Source of the DNA: Deltaproteobacteria bacterium
Lineage (GTDB): Bacteria; CG2-30-53-67
Length of the DNA stretch: 37,178 nucleotides
Direction: 5' to 3'
Assembly (NCBI GenBank): GCA_013151235.1
Contig: JAADIO010000062.1
Location: 1 to 37,178 of the forward strand
Each line of letters starts with the position of its first letter. Position 1 is the first letter of the stretch. Shown here piece after piece: positions 7,748 to 15,921 of the stretch. The position numbers and the translations under genes were made by a program. The notes under the pieces are model-generated. The model searched no databases. It was not told where the DNA came from and was given only the letters and a program-made list of their open reading frames with translations.

Positions 7748-8728
7748 ATGGCCGACAAGGAGTTGATGTACAAGTACAAACGTTTCGTCGCCGACTACAA
7801 CGGCGGGATGGGGCGGGAGGCGCTTTGCAAAAAGTATCAGCTTGACGAGTCGAAATTCGATGCCTTTCTCAAGTTCCTGAAACGGAAGGGCTTCTTGCTG
7901 GGCCAGGCCCCCCTTGTAACCAAATTCAGGTCGGCCCACGAGATCGACTTTACGATCTACGGGGACGACCTGCAGTTCGTCGAGATCGAGCTGGACCCGA
8001 ACGAGACGGCCATCGCAGAGGCGGGGGCGATGATGTACATGGAGCAGGGGATCGAGATGCAGACGATCTTCGGCGACGGGAGTAAAGAGTCTGAGAGTAT
8101 CATGGGGAAGATCTTCGGGGCGGGCAAACGGGTCCTCACGGGGGAATCCCTCTTTATGACGGCCTACACAAACCGGGGGGCAGGGAAACAGCATGTCGCC
8201 TTCGGGGCGCCCTACCCGGGAAAGATCATCGCCCTCGACCTTTCGGATCTCGGCGGGGAGATCCTCTGCCAGAAGAGCGCCTTCCTCTGCGCCGCCAAGG
8301 GGGTTTCGGTCGAGATCGCCTTCCAGAAGAAGTTGGGGGTGGGACTCTTCGGCGGGGAAGGGTTCATCCTCCAGAAGCTCCTGGGGGACGGCTATGTCTT
8401 CGTCCATGCCGGAGGGACGATCGTCGAACGGGAACTCAAACAGATGGAAAGGATGCGGATCGATACCGGATGTATCGCCGCCCTGCAAGCAGGCGTCAAC
8501 TACGACATTGAATTTATCGGGGGGATCAAGAATACGCTTTTCGGCGGCGAGGGAGTCTTCTTCGCAACCGTCACCGGTCCGGGAAAGGTCTGGCTCCAGT
8601 CCCTCCCCTTCTCCCGTCTCGCCGACCGGATCATCGCCTCGGCTCCGAAAATGGGCGGTGCGCGCAGAGGGCAGGGATCAATCCTCGGCGGGCTGGGCGA
8701 TCTGCTCGGCGGGGACAACCGGTTCTGA
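7748..8728 (+). CDS. TIGR00266/AIM24 family protein with ~60-aa N-terminal extension
   Basis: HEIDFTIYGDDLQFVEIELDP, AEAGAMMYM, GESLFMT, GGEGFILQKL, GPGKVWLQSLPFSRLA. Confidence 0.92.
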   Translation: MADKELMYKYKRFVADYNGGMGREALCKKYQLDESKFDAFLKFLKRKGFLLGQAPLVTKFRSAHEIDFTIYGDDLQFVEIELDPNETAIAEAGAMMYMEQGIEMQTIFGDGSKESESIMGKIFGAGKRVLTGESLFMTAYTNRGAGKQHVAFGAPYPGKIIALDLSDLGGEILCQKSAFLCAAKGVSVEIAFQKKLGVGLFGGEGFILQKLLGDGYVFVHAGGTIVERELKQMERMRIDTGCIAALQAGVNYDIEFIGGIKNTLFGGEGVFFATVTGPGKVWLQSLPFSRLADRIIASAPKMGGARRGQGSILGGLGDLLGGDNRF

Positions 8729-8737
8729 CAGCAACCT

Positions 8738-8810
8738 TCAGCACTCAGCGGTCGGCTTTCAGCTCCTGAACCCCCTCATCCCACCCTTCTCCCCTTGAGG
8801 GGAGAAGGGG
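8738..8810. repeat. Heptamer TCAGCNN repeats plus CCCCTCAYCC-type hairpin element (possible terminator)
   Basis: tcagcac-tcagcgg-tcggctt-tcagc (8738-8763); CCCCCTCATCCCACCCTTCTCCCCTTGAGGGGAGAAGGGG (8771-8810); lies between convergent genes. Confidence 0.55.
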
Positions 8811-8920
8811 CAACTTCACGACCCAGAGGATGTTTCCTCCTCTCCTCTGTTTTGCCTTTTCCATGTCTTGCTTTTCTCTGTGTGCTCCGTGGTGAATGCT
8901 TTTGTCTTTGCCTTTGTGCC

Positions 8921-9469
8921 TCAACCACCCCCCATGACCTCCTGCAATGCTTCCTCGTAGACTGCAAGATCCCTCTCCGAGAAGAGGACGAAACGGACCT
9001 CTTCCAGTTCACACCCTTGAAGGAACTCCCGGACGGTGCTCAGTGCAATCCGGGCGGCCTCTTCGATGGGGAAGCGGTAGGCGCCGGTGCTGATGGAAGG
9101 GAAGGAGACGGAGGAGACCCCCTTTTCCTTCGCCAGGGTCAAGCTGTTGCGATAGGCACGGGCGAGGAGCTCCCGCTCATTTCGGTTCCCGCCGGACCAG
9201 ACCGGCCCCACGGTGTGGATGACGTACCGGGCCGTCAGGGTTCCCCCCATGGTGATGACAGCCTCTCCCGTGGGACATCGCCCTTGTTTCGCCACAATCT
9301 TTTTGCACGCCTCCAGGATGGCCGGCCCTCCGGCCCGGTGGATCGCGCCGTCGACTCCGCCGCCTCCCATGAGGGATGAGTTCGCTGCATTAACGATCGC
9401 CTCCGTGTCGGCCTTCGTGATGTCCCCTCTCACCAGGACCAGCTTCGACCTTCCAATCTTCTTCTCCAT
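8921..9469 (-). CDS. ymdB: Macrodomain O-acetyl-ADP-ribose deacetylase (YmdB-like)
   Basis: GDIT, AIVNAANSSLMGGGGVDGAIHRAGG, VIHTVGP, FPSISTGAYRFP; start set at ATG 9469. Confidence 0.92.
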   Translation of the reverse strand: MEKKIGRSKLVLVRGDITKADTEAIVNAANSSLMGGGGVDGAIHRAGGPAILEACKKIVAKQGRCPTGEAVITMGGTLTARYVIHTVGPVWSGGNRNERELLARAYRNSLTLAKEKGVSSVSFPSISTGAYRFPIEEAARIALSTVREFLQGCELEEVRFVLFSERDLAVYEEALQEVMGGG

Positions 9470-9482
9470 GGCGCCTCTCTCC

Positions 9483-9782
9483 TCAGTCAGCCCGGATCCG
9501 CACCAGCGTCGCCCCCCATCCGCCCAACTCCGGCGGCGCATCCCGAAAGGAGAGGACCGCCGGACTTTGAGAAAGGACCGACTGCACGATCCTCCGCTGC
9601 GTTCCGATCCCCTTGCCGTGGATGATGCGGACCTCCGGGAGCCCCCGTTTCCGGCACTGATAGAGATATTCCTCCACGACCGACTTCACGTCCTTTGCCT
9701 GAAAGGTATGGAGGTCAAGTTCATCGCCGATGGGGTATTCCAAAGTTTCTTCGTCTCGCGCATCATCTCCCATGGCCACCAT
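9483..9782 (-). CDS. Stand-alone Smr/MutS2 C-terminal domain protein
   Basis: ELDLHTF, VRIIHGKGIG, GGWGATLV. Confidence 0.92.
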   Translation of the reverse strand: MVAMGDDARDEETLEYPIGDELDLHTFQAKDVKSVVEEYLYQCRKRGLPEVRIIHGKGIGTQRRIVQSVLSQSPAVLSFRDAPPELGGWGATLVRIRAD

Positions 9783-9844
9783 CTCAGGTCTTCCCCCTCC
9801 GACAAAGAGGAGAACAAAAAAAGGACGGCTGAACCATCCATAGA

Positions 9845-11383
9845 TCAGACTGTTTCGAGGGTCTGGAGCAGGGCGTTCGCCTTGTGGAGGGTCTCAAAGT
9901 ATTCCCGTTCCGGATCGGAGTCGGCGACGATCCCGGCGCCCACCTGAACGTGCGCCTTGCCGGCCTTGATGACGAAGGTCCGGATGATGATGTTCAGGTC
10001 CATGTCGCCGTTGAAACCGAGCCAACCGATCGAGCCGGTGTACGGTCCCCGCTGCACCGGCTCAAGTTCGTCGATGATCTCCATGCACCGGACCTTGGGG
10101 ACACCCGTGATCGTGCCGCCGGGAAAGGTCGCCCGGATGAGATCGAAGAGGTCCTTCCCGGCATGAAGGTTCCCCCGGACGTTCGAGACGATATGGATGA
10201 CGTGGGAATAATCCTCCAGGACCATCAGTTCATCGACCCGGACGGTACCGTAGTCACAGACGCGGCCTATGTCGTTCCGCTCCAGGTCGATGAGCATGAT
10301 ATGCTCGGCCCGCTCTTTCTCATTGGTAATCAGCTCAGCACTCATGGCCTGATCCCCGGCTGGATCTTTTCCCCTCGGCCGGGTCCCGGCAATGGGACGG
10401 GTCTCCACTACCCCGTCTTTTAAAAGCATCAACCGTTCCGGTGAAGAACTGACGATCTGAAACTCCTGAAAATCGAGATAAGCCGCAAAGGGAGAGGGAT
10501 TGATCTCCCGAAGGATCCGATAGAGGTGGAAGGAATCGAGATCTCCGATCTCGGCGGTGAGCCGCTGGGAGAGATTGGTCTGAAAGATATCCCCCGCCTT
10601 GATGTAGGCCTTGGCCCGTCGAACCATTTCCATATAGTTTTCCTTGGCCATATTCGGGAGCACGGGAAAGGAACGAGACGATCTTTGCCTCTTCAAGGAC
10701 GGCAACGCCTCCCCGTCCATGATCTTCCGGTAAAGTCCTTTTAGTCTTTCCACCCCTTCTTCATAAGCACGGATTCGTGCAGAGGTCTCCGACGGAGAGT
10801 GGCGCAGGAGGGGAATGTGGACCAGGATCACTTCCTTCTCCACATGGTCAAAGAGGATGCAGGTATCGACAAAGAGGAAATGAAGATCGGGGATCGCCAG
10901 GTCATCAACAGCCGTGCGGGGGAGCTTCTCGAAAAAATGAACAGCATCATAGGAGATGAGCCCTACTGCCCCGCCGGTGAACGGGGGGGCGCCGGGAGTC
11001 CTGACAACGGGAGTCTCCTCCATGAGCCGCTTCAGTTCAATGAAAGGATTCCCATCAATCTTTCTTTCATAGATTCCTTCCCGGATCCGGATCTTACTCC
11101 CCTTGCTCGAAAAAACGCGAAAAGGACGGGTGCCGATGATCGAATAGCGGCCGATCCGATCGCTCCCCTTCACCGACTCCAGAAGAAAGGAATCCTTCCC
11201 TTCCCGGATCCGCTGAAAAACCGTAGGAGGATCGAGGAGCCCTTGGGGAAAACGTAAAAAGATCGGGACAGCAGGGACCTTGCTCCCGGACGCCTTTTCC
11301 TCTTCCGACAACTTCAAAAAGACCTCACGGGACGGGGTCGTGGCAAGATTTTCCGTCGTTGCACCCATGGGTTCCTTCCTCAT
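9845..11383 (-). CDS. Anthranilate synthase component I family chorismate-binding enzyme (probably PabB-like ADC synthase)
   Basis: FLLES, NPSPFAAY, SSSPER, TRPIAGTRPRG, KERAEHIMLIDLERND, FPGGTITGVPK; ATG overlaps the upstream stop (TGATG). Confidence 0.88.
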   Translation of the reverse strand: MRKEPMGATTENLATTPSREVFLKLSEEEKASGSKVPAVPIFLRFPQGLLDPPTVFQRIREGKDSFLLESVKGSDRIGRYSIIGTRPFRVFSSKGSKIRIREGIYERKIDGNPFIELKRLMEETPVVRTPGAPPFTGGAVGLISYDAVHFFEKLPRTAVDDLAIPDLHFLFVDTCILFDHVEKEVILVHIPLLRHSPSETSARIRAYEEGVERLKGLYRKIMDGEALPSLKRQRSSRSFPVLPNMAKENYMEMVRRAKAYIKAGDIFQTNLSQRLTAEIGDLDSFHLYRILREINPSPFAAYLDFQEFQIVSSSPERLMLLKDGVVETRPIAGTRPRGKDPAGDQAMSAELITNEKERAEHIMLIDLERNDIGRVCDYGTVRVDELMVLEDYSHVIHIVSNVRGNLHAGKDLFDLIRATFPGGTITGVPKVRCMEIIDELEPVQRGPYTGSIGWLGFNGDMDLNIIIRTFVIKAGKAHVQVGAGIVADSDPEREYFETLHKANALLQTLETV

Positions 11384-11541
11384 CACTTCTCATAATAACG
11401 GATCTTGCGGCCGGGGAGGAAGAAGTGCGGTCCCCCTAGGTGCATCAGGAACTCCGTTCCGGCCTCGCCCATCTTCCAGGTCCCGTCGAAGATCCCCCGG
11501 GCCACCTCGGCCTTGAGGACCTCACCGATCAAGAGGGCCAT
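11383..11541 (-). pseudogene. 52-aa remnant resembling the C-terminus of a flavin reductase family protein
   Basis: MALLIGEVLKAEVARGIFDGTWKMGEAGTEFLMHLGGPHFFLPGRKIRYYEK; IGEV...FDG.W...HLGG..F pattern; in-frame TAA two codons upstream of the ATG. Confidence 0.5.
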
Positions 11542-11614
11542 ACCTTATCGAAAATCCCGATAAAAGGCAAGAAATAGGGGAAGGCCCCGGAGTGGGGTCC
11601 CTCTTCCGGGCCGC

Positions 11615-11642
11615 TTGACAGGCCCGTCCGCCGGGGTAGAAT
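11615..11642 (+). promoter_or_regulatory. sigma70-like promoter of azoR
   Basis: TTGACA-N16-TAGAAT. Confidence 0.55.
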
Positions 11643-11678
11643 GGAAGATGAAAAGATCGATCATATTGCTGATGATTC

Positions 11679-11747
11679 TGTAGCGTTACCCTTTATGGGT
11701 GACGAATCCGCCGGGACAAATCGTCCCGGGTCAACCGGGACGCTACA
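11679..11747. repeat. Inverted pair of GTAG-type REP palindromes (REPIN-like) in the azoR leader
   Basis: TGTAGCGTTACCCTTTATGGGTGACG (11679-11704) and reverse unit 11722-11747 (rc TGTAGCGTCCCGGTTGACCCGGGACG). Confidence 0.75.
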
Positions 11748-11762
11748 ATAAAGGAGAATGCC

Positions 11763-12395
11763 ATGAACAGACTACTCTATATCCAAGCCTCTCCCAGGGA
11801 AGAGCGTTCACACGCCATCCGGGTGGCCGATGCTTTCGCCGGAAGCTACCGGGAAACACATCGGGGGGCCGAGATTATGACCCTCGATCTCTTCCGGAAG
11901 GATCTTCCCCCCTTCGACGGCCTGGCCGTGCAGGCGAAATACACGATCCTTCACGGTGAAAAGCACAGCGAGGAGGAAATTCGTGCATGGCAGGCTGTGG
12001 AGGCGGTGATCGATGAATTCAAAGGCGCAGACTGCTATCTCTTTGCCGTTCCGATGTGGAATTTCGGCATCCCCTATCGGCTCAAACAATATATTGATCT
12101 TCTGGTTCAGCCGACCTACACCTTCGCCTTCGATCCGGAGAAAGGATATTCGGGCCTCGTCACGGGGAAGTCCGCCTTCATCGCCTACGCCCGGGGCGGA
12201 GAGTATGCCGAGGGGACCGAGGCAGAGGTGTACGATTTCCAGAAGAAATACATGGAGACCATCCTGGGTTTCATCGGGATCACCGATATCTCATCGGTCG
12301 TTATCGAGCCGACCCTGCAGGGGGGACCCGATGTAGCACAGGAGAAAAGAGAGGCGGCAATTTCCAGGGCCCGGGAGTTGGCCCGCAGTTTCTGA
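11763..12395 (+). CDS. azoR: FMN-dependent NADH-azoreductase
   Basis: LLYIQASPR, PMWNFGIPYRLKQYID, GLVTGK, ARGGEY, LGFIGITD. Confidence 0.93.
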   Translation: MNRLLYIQASPREERSHAIRVADAFAGSYRETHRGAEIMTLDLFRKDLPPFDGLAVQAKYTILHGEKHSEEEIRAWQAVEAVIDEFKGADCYLFAVPMWNFGIPYRLKQYIDLLVQPTYTFAFDPEKGYSGLVTGKSAFIAYARGGEYAEGTEAEVYDFQKKYMETILGFIGITDISSVVIEPTLQGGPDVAQEKREAAISRARELARSF

Positions 12396-12414
12396 GACCG
12401 GAAGCCCGGGAAGA

Positions 12415-12714
12415 TCAAAGATCAAGAAGCTTTGAACCGTGGATGATGCGCAGAACGAAGACGTTCCTTCCTTCCACACGATAAATGACACGATATTTTT
12501 TGTGTATCAAATGCCTGTAATTTGTACCTAAAAAATCGTTCTCCGGGATCGAAGGGGAACGCTTCGGAAATGAGGAAAGGGAACCGATCTTCACTTCAAG
12601 CTCCAGAATGAATTTTCTTGCTTTGCTGAAGCTGTCTTCCGAGATATGAAAAAAGATGCGTCCCAAGTCCCTTTGAGCAGTACGGGTGAGATGGACTTTA
12701 TAGGCCTTCTGCAA
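12415..12714 (-). CDS. Type II toxin, RelE/ParE family
   Basis: YKVHLTRTAQRDL..I, LSSFP, YRHLIHKKYRVIYRV, VLRIIHG; overlaps the antitoxin gene. Confidence 0.9.
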   Translation of the reverse strand: MQKAYKVHLTRTAQRDLGRIFFHISEDSFSKARKFILELEVKIGSLSSFPKRSPSIPENDFLGTNYRHLIHKKYRVIYRVEGRNVFVLRIIHGSKLLDL

Positions 12715-12976
12715 CCTTGAACTCCTTGAAAAAGTCCTTCGCCTCGGAATAACGTCCTTCCCTTACATCTTCTTCGGCAGGAATAAGAAGTTTGAGAAGA
12801 TTGAAGGCCTTCAAGATCTTCTCGTACTCTCCGGCATCGACCAGGACGGCCTCAGCCTTGCCATTAATCGTAAGAACAACGGGACGTCCCGTCTTGCGGA
12901 TCTGCTTCAAGATGGAATTCGTATTTCTCTTTAATTCGGTGATCGAGCGAATATCTTCCGTAATACTGAGCGCCAT
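12698..12976 (-). CDS. Type II antitoxin, Phd/YefM family
   Basis: DIRSITELKRN, PVVLTINGKAEAVLV; ATG 12976 after GGAG. Confidence 0.9.
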   Translation of the reverse strand: MALSITEDIRSITELKRNTNSILKQIRKTGRPVVLTINGKAEAVLVDAGEYEKILKAFNLLKLLIPAEEDVREGRYSEAKDFFKEFKVAEGL

Positions 12977-12997
12977 AAGTGTCTCCAATAATCCTAT

Positions 12998-13047
12998 TCA
13001 GCATTTTATTTAGTGCTTATAATACATCACAAATAATGTTTTTGCAA
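12998..13047 (-). promoter_or_regulatory. TA operon promoter with an imperfect inverted repeat (putative autoregulatory operator)
   Basis: TTGCAA-N17-TATTAT with TG extension; AGCACT/AATGCT arms just downstream of the -10. Confidence 0.5.
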
Positions 13048-13081
13048 GCCCATGATCGTCTATAAAATCGGGTGAAAAAAT

Positions 13082-14350
13082 TCACTCTCCGGGCCGCTGC
13101 ACCTGGTAATTGACGACCTTCTCCGCCCCGGCGATCCGGAAGAGGGGGTCTTGCCCGATCAGTTCCCGTAGTCTTTCGACCGGAAGATGGCTGTAAAAAA
13201 CAGGGGAAAGCAATGAACCACCTTCGTACAGACCGGTGACAAACCGCTTCAACGGCGGATCACCAAGGATCCGATCGGTCAGAGGAAGACTCCGGTAGAG
13301 ACGAAGATGGACGTTCACCACCACCTCGTCGGGTACGGCCTCCCGAAAAAAATCAAGACTTCTTTGCAAGGTCTCCTCATCCTCGAAAGGAAAGCCGGTA
13401 AGAAAATCAACGGAGATTCCGATACCGTTCCGCCGGGCTTGGGAGATCATCTCTTCCACATCTTTCCAGTAGTCGGGGGTCTGATGCAGGGAATCAACGG
13501 AAAGGGTCACAAGATCGGCCCCGGTCTTTCGCAATCGTTCGAAGAGTTCCGGACTGTAGTTCCCCGGTTTCATGTAGAGGGCCCACTGCAGGCCGAGGTC
13601 GGCCTCCTCCAATGCCCTGAGAAAATCGAGGGCCGGCCCAAGGTCTTCATTAAATTCGGAATCGCAGAGGTGAAGGCGGCGGATCCCCTGCCCGGCAAGG
13701 TGCCGCAATTCCCCGACCACGTCGTCGGGGTGCCGGTAGTGGACGGGGCTTCGGGCCTCCAGACAGTAGGGACAGCCGGAAGAGCACCCCTTGTGGGTTT
13801 CGAAACCGGCCAAGCCGTCCCGTGACAGATATTCGTTATAAGCGAAGAGACCTTCCCTCCGGGGGCGAAAACTTTCCGGACCCTCTCCGTAGACAATCCT
13901 CTTCGTCCCTTTCCACACATTTATATCCTGAAGGATCGCCGGCAGCGTCTTCTCGCCCGGGCCGACGATTGCGACGTCCGCCCCGACAAAGTTGCGAATC
14001 CCTTCGGGATCGGCGGGAAGGGCGGAACCGCCGATGATTACCGGCAGATCCCCCGTCCGCCGAATGCGCCCGATCAATTCCCGGATTTCCGGAAGAAAAT
14101 ATTCCGTGTCCGGATAAAGGGCGGAATCAAGATTCCGGATCGTCACACCGACAACACCGGGCGCATAGGAGCGGACCTTATTCTCCAGTTTCCGCAGGGG
14201 ATCGGTGGAAAAGCAGAGATCCAGTACCCGGACCTCGAAGGAATGTTTCCGAAGGGCATGGGCAAGATATTCCAGGCCGAGGGGGATGACGGGGGGAAAG
14301 CGGTAACGATTCGGATTGATGAGGAGGATTCTCGTCCCGGAAAGTTCCAT
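13082..14350 (-). CDS. Cobalamin-binding radical SAM protein
   Basis: ILLINP...PLGLEYLA (B12-binding domain), GCSSGCPYC (CxxxCxxC), LCDSEFN; start uncertain (14350-14401). Confidence 0.88.
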   Translation of the reverse strand: MELSGTRILLINPNRYRFPPVIPLGLEYLAHALRKHSFEVRVLDLCFSTDPLRKLENKVRSYAPGVVGVTIRNLDSALYPDTEYFLPEIRELIGRIRRTGDLPVIIGGSALPADPEGIRNFVGADVAIVGPGEKTLPAILQDINVWKGTKRIVYGEGPESFRPRREGLFAYNEYLSRDGLAGFETHKGCSSGCPYCLEARSPVHYRHPDDVVGELRHLAGQGIRRLHLCDSEFNEDLGPALDFLRALEEADLGLQWALYMKPGNYSPELFERLRKTGADLVTLSVDSLHQTPDYWKDVEEMISQARRNGIGISVDFLTGFPFEDEETLQRSLDFFREAVPDEVVVNVHLRLYRSLPLTDRILGDPPLKRFVTGLYEGGSLLSPVFYSHLPVERLRELIGQDPLFRIAGAEKVVNYQVQRPGE

Positions 14351-14442
14351 TGACTCGCTTCTTCCTCTCCTCATTTTCAATGGTCGGTCGGTAGACAACA
14401 TGACGCATAAAACTTGTGTAGTCTACCCCAAATCATGATGAT

Positions 14443-14470
14443 TTGACAAGAGCCCGGAAGCGGATATAAT
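14443..14470 (+). promoter_or_regulatory. sigma70 consensus promoter
   Basis: TTGACA-N16-TATAAT. Confidence 0.65.
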
Positions 14471-14528
14471 CAGGAAAACGAAGGAAACCGCTCAGATCTT
14501 ATCTTCCTGCACCAGAAAGGTCCGGAGT

Positions 14529-15830
14529 ATGATTCGTGCCGTACTCTTTCTGTTCTTCTTTTTTTTTGTGGTCGGTCCTGTCCAGGGGGCACCCTTTCCA
14601 GGCTCCGCCAAAACGCTTACCCGTACTTCCGATGCCGTAAAGATCTCCGGGATGGATATACCTCCTTTTCTCGGTGCAAACATTCATCTCCTTCGTCTCT
14701 TCGCCTTCCGGGAAGGGCACTTCCAACCGATCCCATTCCAGGTCGATCAGAAAGACTCAAAGGGAGAATGGGTCTGGGACGTTGCATTCAGGGACGGGCG
14801 GACCCGCGACGACCAGGACCCGGAGGGGGAATCGCTCCTCGATGAGAATGATCGTCTCGTCTTCCTTGCCGGAGACACAGGGGACCGGGCGTCCTTCCCG
14901 GAAAGGATCAAGGCTGCGAAAGTACTGGAGATCGAAGTCATCGACCCCGTGAACCATGGGAGCGGATGGACCTATCTCGCCCTCTTTCCCCATGCCCCTC
15001 CTCCCTTGAGCCCGGTGCGATACATGACCTATGACCCGCAAAAACGGAATGTTTACTCCCCTCTCTACAGCCTTTCCTATTCCACTAAGAAGATCGCCGT
15101 CATGGACGCCCTCACCTTTCGGAAAAAGAGTATTCTCGATCGTCTCAAGATCCGGATCAAGGCGGAAATCAAGTTTGGTTTCATCAAGACGGCCATGCAC
15201 TTCAATGAAGAGGATGTGCGCGGATATCACGTCGGCTATATCGCAGGCCCGGTTCGGATCATCAACCGGACGGTCAACCAGGTCCGACTTCCCCTCGGCC
15301 TCCGTACACCCAAGGTGGTCTGCGACCACTACTTCTATCCACGCTATGCCGAGATTCCCCTGCTGCTCCACATGAACTTTCTCGTCTCCCGGGCCTCCCT
15401 GCTCCTTTCCGCGGACTACCGGGGGGCGCCTTTTTCACAGGCCTTCCTTCCGGGGCTGAAAGAAGCGGTAAAACTGACGGGACGAACCCCCTTGCGACTC
15501 GATCCGGCGAAGGGGGACTGGATCGCTCTGGACGGAGATCTGGGAACGGTGATCAATGCCATGCAGGTTCCCGTCGGCATATCCCGCTACATTTCTACGA
15601 GACCCCACCTAATCTCGGACCGGGAGAGAAGCTATCCGCCGGAATCGGTGCCGGGCTCCGACCCGGAGGCCGTGATCGAGATCCGGACCGCGCCCGACCT
15701 CCCGAAGGGAGATTACCTTCTCTACACCGTCTTTCTGTTTTCACCCGATCACTTCAAAAGAGGAGACGAGAAAAAACTGTTAAATATCCTGAACCGTCCG
15801 CTCACCGTCCGGGTAGGTCAAATACAATAA
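14529..15830 (+). CDS. Exported hypothetical protein
   Basis: 433-aa ORF; Sec signal MIRAVLFLFFFFFVVGPVQG; strong upstream promoter; no family recognised. Confidence 0.8.
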   Translation: MIRAVLFLFFFFFVVGPVQGAPFPGSAKTLTRTSDAVKISGMDIPPFLGANIHLLRLFAFREGHFQPIPFQVDQKDSKGEWVWDVAFRDGRTRDDQDPEGESLLDENDRLVFLAGDTGDRASFPERIKAAKVLEIEVIDPVNHGSGWTYLALFPHAPPPLSPVRYMTYDPQKRNVYSPLYSLSYSTKKIAVMDALTFRKKSILDRLKIRIKAEIKFGFIKTAMHFNEEDVRGYHVGYIAGPVRIINRTVNQVRLPLGLRTPKVVCDHYFYPRYAEIPLLLHMNFLVSRASLLLSADYRGAPFSQAFLPGLKEAVKLTGRTPLRLDPAKGDWIALDGDLGTVINAMQVPVGISRYISTRPHLISDRERSYPPESVPGSDPEAVIEIRTAPDLPKGDYLLYTVFLFSPDHFKRGDEKKLLNILNRPLTVRVGQIQ

Positions 15831-15921
15831 GAGACTCCCGAACGGGCGCCGAAAGGGATCAGAGGCATTCTCGGCAGAAGAGCCAAGAGCAGACTTGACC
15901 CCTTTCGTCGGGGGTCCCGGT

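Noticed and set aside
8921-9782. Macrodomain + Smr as a DarTG-like or defence module
   Set aside because: The macrodomain is the housekeeping YmdB type and no ADP-ribosyltransferase toxin is nearby.
11383-11541. trp attenuator leader peptide
   Set aside because: One Trp codon, no terminator/antiterminator, and the sequence resembles an enzyme fragment.
12415-12976. TA module as a novel defence system
   Set aside because: An ordinary Phd/YefM-RelE/ParE pair with standard organisation.
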